A DNA stretch of 64,000 nucleotides. Source: Lingula anatina (taxonomy: Eukaryota > Animalia > Brachiopoda). The notes beneath the pieces are model-generated. The model was not told the DNA's origin, searched no databases, and saw only the letters and a program-made list of their open reading frames with translations. The stretch covers positions 4,906,954-4,970,953 of the forward strand of contig CM120644.1 in the NCBI GenBank assembly GCA_051362555.1, written 5' to 3'. Positions 52,492 through 64,000 of the stretch are shown piece by piece. Numbering within the stretch: the first letter of the stretch is position 1; the number at the start of each line of letters is the position of its first letter. The position numbers were made by a program, and so were the translations under genes.

Positions 52492-55400
52492 TTAGTCTAA
52501 ACTTTGAAATGCTTTACAAATTATGTGAATATTATGACAACTAAATCACTCCAATTGTTCCCCTGCTGCGTACATCAGTGCGTGGTATGTAACTAAAACT
52601 AGCTATAGTCCACCTGAAATCAAAATTGATTTGTTTTCAGCGTATCTTCTGAGGCCCCTAGGTGTTTTACGTCCTTTTTGGCCTTTGGAAATATGAATCG
52701 GTATTTCTGGTACATATTTGCACTGCACCAGGTGAAAGTGCACCCGTGTCATTTTTAAGAGCTTTGAAATAAAATTTTGTTAGAATTTTCAAGGATTATT
52801 TTATTAAGAATATTTAGATGATTATAAATGCAATGTCAGCACCTAACTTTCACAAAAGTATGCAACTGTTTGATCATGTGATCATGTTTTTCTTTACTGC
52901 AACTTTGAGCAATTCTTAAAACTTTCTAAAATTCACTTTAGAAGTTAAGGACCAAGATAACTCTTAAAATCAAAAACCGGCTAAAATCATGATTCAATAG
53001 AATTGATACCAGATAACCTAATTTTGTAATTTGTATCTTTTGATCCCTTAATGAATTGATAGTGTCAAGGCATTGTGCACAGATGTTCACTCTAAAAGAC
53101 TTATCTTTGCCGTGAGATAGAAGAGGCCGTAGCATACTAAAGGTACAGTTCTACTAGATTTACTACATGCAATATTCCACTTCCCCATCGTTTGTATAGC
53201 TCAAGGGCAGCAACTTAAAAAGTAGCCTTCTGCTTTTATTTGATCGTACCCATGTAGTTATAATGCCCAGCTTTATTCATGCGATAACCTTGTGATCCAG
53301 AAACTCACCTTACCTATCCCACACACATTGTTTATGTTTTATCTAAAACTATGGGAATATATTGATATGATTACTAGTATAATGATAATGATCGTAACAA
53401 TTAATGAAAATTATTATCATGAAGAATTCATAATGCATTCAAAATAACCCATTCCAATAGACATAACATTTATTAAAATTACAATATTGTGAAATGAACC
53501 TAGCCTGTCAGGTAATTTTTGCCTTTTATTGCAGTGGTCTGCTATGATATTGCTAACATTGTTCTGGTTAATAACACCACTGGCATAGTAATTGATGTAA
53601 ATGTTAGTTCTGTAATCACAATCTGTCTCAGCTAACACAATTAAGTACATCAGACATACAGGTAATATAAACTCGGTTATCTTGTTATTGGAGAGAATCG
53701 GTGTTGTAATAACCCCCTTAATTTGTTCAATCACTTATGCTTCTGTTTGTGGGTTTACACATAAATAAAAAATAACAAAAAATCTTGAACAACATATATT
53801 TGAATGGTAGAGGTGTGTGAAAATTTGGGAAAAATTGGTGAAACTGGGGAAACTTTCAGACTGCCATTTAATGTTAATAAAGGCAGTTTTAATGAAACAG
53901 TGTTTTTGCCCAGTGTTGGCAGTTTTTTTTTTTTTTTTTTTTTTTTTGGGGGGGGGGGGTATTCAGATAAACTTTAAAAAATTATTTCCTTTACTGCTTG
54001 CCTTTCAGCATTATTCTCTTTTTTTGCCTCTCTCATCTTTGCATATAACTTGATTGAAAAACATTTTGTCAGTCCCATTTACAATCATATTTATCTCTAG
54101 GGAGGAAAAAAAATTCTTATGCACTACTGTCTAATCAAACATGCAATAAATTCTGGGGACAGTTATTGCCTACTGCAGTAAAACTATAAGAGGATCTTTA
54201 CTAGCAGTAGCCAGCGATTTTCAGTCGATTTTTTTCTGAGAATTGTTTTCCTGGTTGATTTTATATCCAACTTATCAAAATGAGTCATTAATGTAATGAC
54301 TTCACTATCAGCCATCACAGACACACTTAGATACAAAAAAATTCAAAATCTGCTGATACTTTACGGCAATGTTCACCCCTAATTTGTTTTTTCTCATTGT
54401 TTCGTGACTACAACTTATCAATTTTTGCATCAATAACTTATGAATGGCCATTAGTTTGCTTTTAACTGTGCCTTCAATGAAGGAAATGTATTTGCCTCAT
54501 GTGGCAGTTGGGAATGTTTTATGAATGCCAATTATTTCAGAAGCTTTATTATCAGACTATCTGCTGAATGTGCACTTAACTTAGGTGGCAATATCTGTAT
54601 TTGATTACTTTTTTATTTGAATGACAAGATTTTTTTGTCTGTTTTTGGCAAACCTATTTACATATTTATGTATTTTTCCCTGCTGCAAGACACAATTCAC
54701 TTTGTTTTTGTTGGAGACTTGAGTGGAGAGTTTTGTGAAATTTGTCACTTTGAAGTAGACTGGGGCAATTTTAGCTAATTCGATATGAAATGGTGAGTGT
54801 TGTTCCTAAAGGCAAAGATGGAGTATAGAATAAGATTATCAGAGAAGACTTTTTACTTTATAATACTGTTAATATGAGAGGAATGTTAAAAGACAAGCAT
54901 GAAGATAGGTGAAAGTTAGTAGTAAGGCTTCTAGATCAAGACAAACCAGGTAGTTCACGTACAGCTAGCTGACTATGCAAGCCATAATGTGTACTTTTTA
55001 ACGTAATTTAGTAAATAAAAGTCCTTGCGTCTCTGGCGTATTTAGTCCTTTACAGCTAATTTCCTCAGAATAGCTGCTGGTATTTATGGGACATTAAGCA
55101 AGCAGAAATGCATTGCAGGTTTGAAAGGGTTTTTTATCCTTTTATTTGATTCCTTCTCCGATTTTATTTCACCATCTGCTAAATGGGTACATCCTGTTGT
55201 TTAGAGGGAAAATAATGAATTAATGAACATAAAAATGAAAGTTAAAGATGAAATGCAATTAATTTAAATCAAATTAGTAATTGATATTTGAATGTCGCCT
55301 TCAAAACAAATTGCTGTCATTGTATTTTTTTTTTCAAACCTAAATCTTAATTAGCTAATGCAGATCACTCATTTTTTTCCATCATACCTTTTTGGATAGG

Positions 55401-58400
55401 AATTATCAGTGATGATAACATGTTTCCCATTATCAATAACTTACAGTAAATGATTTGTCTAGATATTCTACCAGGGGATGTTATAAGAAAAAGATGGCAG
55501 ATCATGATTTATTTTTTGCTTTGACAATAAATATCATGTACCCTCACTGAACCTTAACAGATCAATTTGCCAATGTATAATTCCCAGTTGGCAATATTCT
55601 ACATGTCAAATCTAAAAGTACATCTACCGTGTACCTCTAGCAACGTGGCTTGCCTGGGAATCATTCAGCCAAAGAAATATTCATTAATTTCTCGTAAATA
55701 CACACGTAGAAAGTTCATAAAGTCTGTTTTAGTAAAGTGGTTTCAACTGCGTTTGCACAGTTGTTTCTTTGTATACTGATGCTGGAGTAAGTATGTGTGT
55801 GCTCGTTTTCTTCAGATATCTTTAAGGTTTAATGATAAAATCAATGCGCAAGTCGTCTCATAAGGCATGAATGCATACTTAATTCTATCAGTGTGCTTGT
55901 GTGTGTTTGCGTGAATGTGCATGCATGGGAGAGATTGAAAGGGGGTGCATTTGTACATGTATTGACAAATGCATTCTTGCATATATATTTCACTCTAGTC
56001 TCATGTGCAACTAAACAACTAAGTAGAGGCAAATAACTCACTTTGCAGAACAGGAGAGAAATGAAGCTGTTTGATATTGTGAGTACCCTCAGTAATTGCC
56101 TCATCAAGATTTCCTTTCCTTTGTTCACCCAATCACAAGCCAATCAGAAGAGTGCTTTTATTGATTGGGGGGGTTTGCTTTGAGCATGTTTACAACCTAC
56201 ACTCTAGCGAGACAGGTGACTTTTGACAAACACATTCTTGATGTGGAACTTTGATGTTGATACCAATTTTTTTTGTTACCACATATGTGGTTGAATGCAG
56301 AAATCATCCTGTTTGTTAAGTGGTTTCTGTTCCTCCACAAATTTGAGTGATTTCATTTAGTTGTCATCTTTTGCAATAAGTTACAAGGATAATTAAAATT
56401 GTAAATTTAGATAACACACTTTTTTGCATGAATTGCTCGATGCATTTCTAATATGATAAACCTCGTGACATGCTGCATAACTAACTTATAAAGTAAGAGA
56501 AAGTCGGTTTGCCTTTCTCTTGGCCCTGAAAGTTAACAAGCACCCCAAAAGTATCAATATTTGCCAGGGTGAATGCAGCCAATAGCAGTCAAATACAGTA
56601 ACTACAGAAGTTTCAGTTAGCGCTGATGTGAACGCAGCCAGTGACTCATAGCAGGGTATTTTCCTGGAGCTGAACTGGAGGTAAACATGTTTACATCGGC
56701 TCTGGTTCACGCTAGTGAGCAGTGTGCAGAAAGAAAAAAAAACTTAGCCAATATTGACATTTTGAAGTAACTTGTTTTTGTCATTTGATAAGCTAATCAT
56801 TAGGTTCATCGGCGGGCAGACAAGCAATAAGTTAATGGCCGTAATGGTATGATCTCTGTGAAATAACAACCAACACAGCCAGAGACACGTGCACATTTAG
56901 AATAAAAAAAGGTGTGAAGTAGAAATCGGCTAAATGTGGATTATTTATTTGACTTGCTTACAAAGTAGCCAATATACAGCCAAAAATAGATGTCAAATTT
57001 GTCAGGTTTATGTTTTTGACTTTGGTCCTGGCAAGCGTTTATTGACAAGTGCTGAAGATAAATTGTCAGAAATGTGCATGACAAGTTTTTAAGCACTGAG
57101 TTATGTCTGTAGTTTCATGGTCTTACAAGTTGCTTAGCTGTACACAAAAAGTTTTTGTTCTGCTTTTTTTTTCAGCTGAGATGATACTAGTAATTCAATA
57201 ATGGGCAGTTTCAATAGCATGCTTATTTTAGAGGGAGGGGGGATACTGGAAAAAATACAGGACTTTGACAAAAACAAGACTGACTCACTGTAACCTTATG
57301 ATACCAGATTTGAGTAACACGCTCATGACAATTTAGAGAAAAACACACAGGAAAAATGTAAACACTTGTATGATAATAGGCCTAAGTTATGAACAGGTTG
57401 ATTTCTGGTCCACACGCTGTTTATAAATTAGTCCAAGGCGTGGACACAACAGTTTGTGGTTTGGGATCTCCTTGGGGCTGATATTGTAGGAGCTGAAGAG
57501 GCGGAATTACGGATGTTGTAGAGATATTAAATGGATGAAGGGTTATGTCTGCCACAGGCAGTGCAGGTTGTTGTTTTGGGTCCCTGGTTTGTTATTATGG
57601 GTTTATCAGATCCTAAACAACCCTTCAATAACATGTCTTGATGATAGGTGAAATAAATGTGAGGACATCTAGTGCAGGTGGTTTTAAGGGTTCATCTTAT
57701 TTTTCAACTTTGCTGACACTAGCCATTCAATTTGCTAGGTTGATTTAATCATTATGATGTTTTTAAGATAGTTATCTCCAAGTTTTAATTTTTTTTAAAT
57801 AGATGCACCTGTTTATTGGGGGTTCTATTTATTCCCTGGCTGGCCTCATATAGGAAGCATTGTTGTTTTACTTTATGCACTTTAATAAGAAAGGGAAAAA
57901 TTAAGTGAAAAAGAAGAATGATAGAGGCAAAGAATGGATGTGCATATGGGGGAATTAAGAGATTGGGAAATGTTCAAGAGAGAGATACAATAGTTATACA
58001 AGAATATTAAAGCCATCTTTTCTGGCACCATTTCTTTCTTCTCTATTGTTATGGTCAGGTAACTGAAGATAAGATGTAACTTTAGGAGACAAAAGATTGG
58101 AAAAAGAAACCCAAGTTCAATACTAGAGTTTAATACTGATGCAAGGTGTCCTATACTCCCTGGGAAGTCTTTGTGTCAGAGAGAACAAAAATCAAAGAAA
58201 TCAATTTTAAAACTTTGAGGTGAGCTTGTTGCTCAAACATCTGTGATTTGAAAAAAAATTAATCATTAAAAATGAGTATTTATTTTACCATTCTATTTTT
58301 TCAAGAGTTATTATTGTACCCACAAAATCTTTTTCTACAGTGCCCCGTTCCATGTTATCATATTTTTCAGGTGGTGGGGGATGTTTTGATTAATTTAGTT

Positions 58401-59607
58401 CTTGTACAGTCTGTCTAATAGGAAATTGTCATATAGAGGCTTAATTAATATAGAACAGATGGGTAGTCATCTGGCAATGTACTTCACCATTGTTAAGACT
58501 CAAGTGGCAGTTAAAGGCAGTAAGAATACCTGAACCCTCGGTTGGTGGTTGTCTGTATTTTTTTTCTGATGATGTCCCTTTGTACCTTTACCCAGTACAC
58601 ATGATGTTATGAACATTTACCTCTCTGATAAGGACATGTTGAAACAGTCAGAAATGTTTGCAAAGAAGATAATGACTGGGTATCAACTGTTGATCATGAG
58701 CTATTACCAATTTTCCAGTCTCAAAATGAAGTGGGGATCTCAAACCTCAGTCAGTGATCACAATACGCCCTCCCACACACTGATTTCATTCATATCACAG
58801 CTGAACATTGGCATTTTCCCTGGATACAAATTGAACCATTCCCAGTGACCCTGAAGGGGAGACTTGAGGAGAACCATAGCAGATATATATGCTTTGAGAC
58901 CACAAACTGTAGGGGTTCTGCTTCCCCTGATAAAAAATCCCATCAGCCAGTTCATCCTACCTACCAGTAATCTGTGAAGTAGCTAAAACAATTTTGGCCC
59001 ATGTAATGTTATAATTCAAAAGCCATTTTATTTGAAATCTTTTTCATTATCCTAGCTCTACAGATGTAATTACAAAATGGGCTGCAGCAAGGCCATGTAA
59101 AATGAAAAAAAAAATCAATCAGTTGTGAAGAAATGAAGAAACCCTAATAGAAATAGGCAAAGTTTATCTGGATATATCTCCTGAGGAAGTCACTCTTTTT
59201 TTGTCAGATATTTATATAGGAGCAGATAAAAGAAAAAGGAAAGAAGAAAGAAAAAATGTGTAAAGAAGTGCAAATGGCCTTTTAAAGTGATACTCAGATA
59301 TATTTGTAATGTTCAAAGCAGTTGGGAAAGGCTGTCCTTATCTTTTGTTACAACATGAACTCAAAATCAGGGCATGTTTATACAGCAAAAACTTTTTTCT
59401 TTTGTTGAGTATGTGTATTTTGAAGCAACACGTATCAAGAATTGGTCTGGTAAAGAAGACAAATGCATCTGAAGAAATTCAATTTTTTTTTTTTTACACT
59501 TGCTCAGTACTCCATCCATCAACCAGTGACAGGTACAGGTAGTTGTAGTTCATATTAAATGGTCCATTAAGAGTCCTTGCTGACTTCATCAAAACTTCTG
59601 GTACTTA

Positions 59608-59874
59608 GACTGGGTTCCTATACCTAGATCGATCTAACAGGATCGATCCATCGCTGAGGGAGATTCTCGCTAAATTGCTTTCTGCTTAAGTGGCTTAGAT
59701 TTCTGTTGTGCCTACTGAAGCTGCTAAATGATAATTAATTACCTCCTAGCAGCTACAGTAGGCATGTTGATCAAACATCTACCAGTAAACCACTTAAGTT
59801 GATTGCAATTTAGCGAGAATCCCCTTGGAGATAGATCAATTCACGGTAGTACGATAGGGTCTGGGAATGGTCCC
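59608..59874. mobile_element. Degenerate palindromic MITE with TTA TSD
   Basis: Inverted arms GATTCTCGCTAAATTGC / GCAATTTAGCGAGAATC, CTTAAGTGG / CCACTTAAG and TGCCTACTG / CAGTAGGCA, with TTA flanks. Confidence 0.75.
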
Positions 59875-61029
59875 TTATACCCTGTACACTGACAGCAAGC
59901 AGAGTGCAAAGATCGCAGAAGACTTTGTGGTAGTCCTGGTATGGGTCTTGTGGTCTGTTTTCAAACACTGCCAGAACTTGCTGTAGATACTTGCATGGAG
60001 TCTGGGAGCTAGAGAGTGTGCTGCGTTTTCTCCAGTGGTTTAATGCACGGTACTTTTGGTTGCTAAAGTTAATGAAGAATATTGAATTTCTTCAGAACTG
60101 TCATTGTCCTTACGTCAGAATTTGTTTTAATGATATAGAAAATTTAAATCTTATTGCTTTATTTATTTGGCAGTTGAAGATATTAATAAAATATTCTTCT
60201 TGGTTTCTTTATGTTGCTGATTTGAAGGCAGATATGTGTTAACTATTGTGACGTCAGAATACCTTCATGCTAATAAACTTGTTCATTGGTTTTCATTTAA
60301 ACAAACTAGCATGCAGCTTAATCAATAAAAAAACCAGTCATTGTAAGGGTCAAAAACTGATTGATGCATGGAAACACAGGTTAAATCCAATAGCGGCTGT
60401 TATTAATATTGTCCCAGAGTGACTAGCTGCTCTCGAGTAGTCTGAAGTTGTCTGTTGAAATTACCCAGTAGCAGGTGCTCTGAAGACTTGTTATTGGAGG
60501 AAGTCCATTAAACAGCATCTGTGTTTTTCTTCTTCTGCAAAATTGGATTAAGAAGCGGGCAGTAATTGTGATGTTTTAACGCCAGTGGAATGAATATGAG
60601 GTGTACTAGGACAAGCATGTCTGGATAGGAAAAAAGGCAGTTATACACAGCCTGGTCATGCCCATGTAGAAAATTGATAACGTGAAGGAAACTTTGTGAC
60701 CCTTGACCTAGTTTTGGTAGCGAGTTGAACAAACTTTTATCACATGCTCCTTTGAGACGGTGGCTTTAGGGAAAGCTGGAAGGAAGGTTTATCACTGTGC
60801 CTCTAGTCAACTGTATTGAGGACTCATTGAGTGAAAGGAAAGCAAGGTGAATCTGTAAAGGAAACATTGCAGCTTGGGATTAAAGACTTAATTATTATTA
60901 TCAATCATATGTTAAGAATACTTAGGTGAAAGCAAAGTAAAGCTTGGGACCATTGCAGTGCAGTCAAGTCGTCCTCTGTTGAATTTTTTTTCACCGAGAC
61001 TGGTTTCAGCGTATTTTGCCCACACCAAG

Positions 61030-61326
61030 ATGTTATCTGAGCACACGTACCATCATCAGGCTACTGGGGGCCATGGTCGTCATAACAAAGTTCTTCCCTG
61101 TGTGGAAGTACCAGACAACAAAGCAGAAGAAGAAGATGAAGAGAAAGACCAAGTGTTTGAGTTAAACTCATTACCAAACATGTCACAGCACATGCACCCG
61201 AACAACCTGCAGCACTCGCAACACGCGCTACATGTGCATCATGCATGGGGGCATAACATGCAACATACCTCAGGACATGCCGTGCAACATGCATCGCAAA
61301 CCAAAGAAGGTTTGGCAGCAGAAGGG
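61030..61326 (+). CDS. Candidate alternative first coding exon F (99 aa, acidic then His/Gln-rich; MLSEHTYHHQ...KEGLAAEG), phase-0 donor
   Basis: AAGATG start, protein-like composition, donor GGG|GTATGT at 61326/61327. It lies inside the 147-aa track ORF. Confidence 0.8.
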
Positions 61327-61934
61327 GTATGTACATGTATATATGAGTTGAGAGAAAAGATCGAAAACATTCTGATTTTGAGGATTTTGTGTTTTTTATA
61401 GAGTTAATGCATACTGTCCTGTTCAGTACACCAATAAAACCATTTCCCCAGAATCCCCATGGGTTAGAGGTATGCCATTAACACAAACTTGATTTTCCGT
61501 TGGCATTACTCAAAGGATAAGGATTTTAAAAGCAATGTCAGAACCCTTCGAGGCAATGTTCACAGCACATCAATAGATGTGTCACGACAAAAAGACACCC
61601 AGCCATTAAGCTTTAATAACATCCTCATTAAGATCCGCGCGATGAAGTATTACCCTAGATGGCCATATTATGGCCTAGATTATGATGGATGACCTATAAT
61701 GACTAGCGGTAAATAAACCGTGATAGAACTGGATCCTTTTCTGTTATGTATAATATCTGAGAGTTACGCAATATATTTATCTCCAGCCAGAATAATTAGC
61801 ATCATTTCTTGATGGATGGATCGAACAATAAGTTCTGCTGACTGAACTTTTTGAACTTCAGTCCCGATATTTGATGAGGCATGGTGTGGATCGTGTAGGA
61901 GTCACGTAGCACGTTGACCTCAAGTTGAGATAGA

Positions 61935-63476
61935 TTAATTAGTACCACCAGCGTATACGCTGGCGGTACTCATGGTTTTAGTCCCGACCCGTCTCGTACA
62001 GCTCCGCCGGCTCCTGCGGCTCCGCCGGCTCCTGCGGCTCCGCAGTCGGGCGCCGGAAACAAGTCACCGTTACCGCTTCTCCTCCTAGACCGCCAGGACC
62101 TGTGTCCCCATCTCTTGGATTTAGGTCACATATAATCTCAACTTGAACACCCTGTTTTTTTTATCTCTGTCGGTGCATTGGCCTGGGCGTGACACTTGTT
62201 GAAACGCACCCTTGTCAAAATTTTTGAAAATTCAAGGCTAAATATCTCCCAAACCAAAGGAATTATGGGAAAAATTACTACAGAAGTCTGACCGAAACTC
62301 ATATGTGGAGATTCCAAATATGCCCTTGGATTTGACTTTTGACCTTTTTTTCAAGGTCAAACAAGCCAAAATTTTCTAAAAAATGGGAATTTTCTGCAAA
62401 AAAATATTTGTTTGTGCTATTTTTTGGAAACTACACAGATCTAAGCTCTCCTGTTACAGTGAGGGGTTACAATTGGGGACTCCTTTCATCTTTGGGAGTT
62501 TGGGGTCAATCGGTGCATTTTCACGGGAGAAGCAGCCATTAGATCCCGAAACTGAAAACTTGTTTTTATTCTGGAATGGTAAATGCCAGAAACCTTTTGT
62601 TCATCGCATTTTGTAGAACTTGTCAAGTGCAATACTGGAGGTGGTGTCCATTTTTTTGTTTTCGATATGGTTTAGGCATTGCGCTATATCAAAAATTACA
62701 ACATTGCAATATTCAGTGGGGAAAATGATAAATATTCCAAAATTAGCAGAGATATGCCCATAGTTACTATTGAACTTGAGTAAGAAGTCATATACTGGTA
62801 ATCTAACTGTGACCTTGAAATTGACCTTTGACCTACATTTCATGATGAACTGCACTTTGAAGTTTTCTGATCTTTATATCTCCAAAACTGGCAAAGATAC
62901 GCCCATAGTTACTATTGAACTTGAATAGGAAGTTATATACTGTTAATCTAACTGTGACCTTTAAATTGACATTTGACCTACTTTTCACCATGAACTGAAC
63001 TTTGCAAATTTTCCAGCCCTTATATCTCCAAAACTGGCAGAGATACACCCATAGTTACTGTTAAACATGAATAGGAAGTCATATACTGGCATTCTTATTG
63101 TGACCTTGAAATTGACCTTTGACCTACTTTTCAACATGAACTGAACTTTGCAAATTTTCTATCCCTTATATCTCGAAAACTGGCAGAGATAGGTCCATAG
63201 TTACTATTGAACTTGAATAGAAAGTCATAAACTGGCAATCTTACTGTGACCTTGAAATTGACCTTTGACCTACTATTTATGTTGAACTGCACTTTGCATG
63301 TTTCCTGGCCTTCATATCTCCAACATTGGTAAAGAAATGCCCATAGCTACTATTGAACCTTTATAGGAAGTCATATACTGTGGCCTTGAAATTGACCTTT
63401 GACCTACCTTTTTACCACAAACTGAACTCTGCATATTTTCGTGCCCTTCATATCTTCAAAACTAGCAGAGATCTGC
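61935..63476 (+). mobile_element. Helentron/HINE-like element with internal tandem array
   Basis: 30-bp hairpin AGTACCACCAGCGTATACGCTGGCGGTACT (61941-61970), a GC-rich short tandem (GCTCCGCCGGCTCCTGCG), then TGACCTTGA-rich tandem units. Confidence 0.65.
62757..63476. repeat. Tandem array, 145-146-bp unit, about 5 copies
   Basis: CCCATAGTTACT-type unit starts at 62757, 62902, 63048, 63194 and 63340. Each unit carries GACCTTGAAATTGACCTTTGACCTAC or a variant. Confidence 0.92.
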
Positions 63477-64000
63477 TCAGTGTTGTCCCTAGGTTTTCTC
63501 TTTTGTCAGCATACCGGTATATGCAATACTGATAATGCATTTCAAGGAAAACCAATAGGCCTATTGTCTAGAAAATCACAGGAGTGATCAGTGTTAGGAA
63601 AATATAGGTCAATTTGAACATCTCCTTGATTGGACCATTTTAACTGTTATGTTTTTTTGATTTTTTTTTTTTTTTTTTTTTTTTGTGCATATTTTGAGAA
63701 CTCTTGTTTATTGCATTTTATAGAGCTTGTCAAGCACAAGACTGGTGGTGGTGTCCAATTTTTTTTTATTATTTTTTTTGGGGGGGGGTGTCCTTACGAA
63801 TGTGCTTACTCCAGCTGGTGGTACAATATCCAGAGGCGGTATCGCCTCTCTGATCCTCTAGTTAATAACGTGTTCTGATCACAGAAAGCATCCGTTTGAT
63901 ATTGACAGGAAATTAAATGCTGATGTCAGCTTGTTTGTCAGTAAATAAGTCATTGCTTTTATTGCAGAGGCAATTAATTTTTAAAGGGTTAATGCAAGAG

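Noticed and set aside
60958-61401. 147-aa ORF as a complete gene
   Set aside because: It starts at GTG. The credible part is ATG 61030 to the donor at 61326.
62601-63048. Minus-strand ORFs with repeated KVNFKVTVRL peptides
   Set aside because: Translation of the 146-bp tandem repeat, not a gene.
1-64000. Prokaryotic system (operon, CRISPR array, defence island) or rRNA/tRNA genes
   Set aside because: Coding density is very low, with spliceosomal signals and microsatellites. The tandem arrays have no unique spacers, and no cas, rRNA or tRNA-like sequence was seen.
63950-64000. Acceptor TTATTGCAG near the window end as the common exon
   Set aside because: The following frame (RQLIFKGLMQE) is AT-rich, unrecognised and truncated, so it cannot be supported.

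Overview
AT-rich eukaryotic genomic DNA, most likely from a marine invertebrate. The evidence is microsatellites, poly-A/poly-G runs, many short DNA-transposon derivatives and GT-AG splice signals; there are no operons, RNA genes or CRISPR arrays. The species cannot be determined from the sequence. Almost all ORFs in the track look spurious. The main structure I read is a + strand series of at least six isolated short coding segments spaced about 10-15 kb apart (803-928, 11962-12390, 22557-22616, 37573-37629, 50997-51071, 61030-61326). Each starts at an ATG and ends at a GT splice donor in phase 0. This pattern fits an array of alternative promoters and first coding exons of one large gene whose shared body lies downstream of the window. 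The predicted N-termini differ strongly: basic+acidic, Ser-Pro/basic, di-Cys, and His-rich. One (MYLGGCCGTMHGRRAYMRTS) resembles the palmitoylated N-terminus of vertebrate CaV beta2a (MQCCGLVHRRRVRVSY), so a calcium-channel beta subunit gene is a testable but unproven identity. The intervening DNA holds candidate promoter modules, several MITE families (TA, TWA, TTAA, 5-bp and 7-bp TSDs), a 1.7-kb composite TIR element, and a Helentron/HINE-like element with a 146-bp tandem array.
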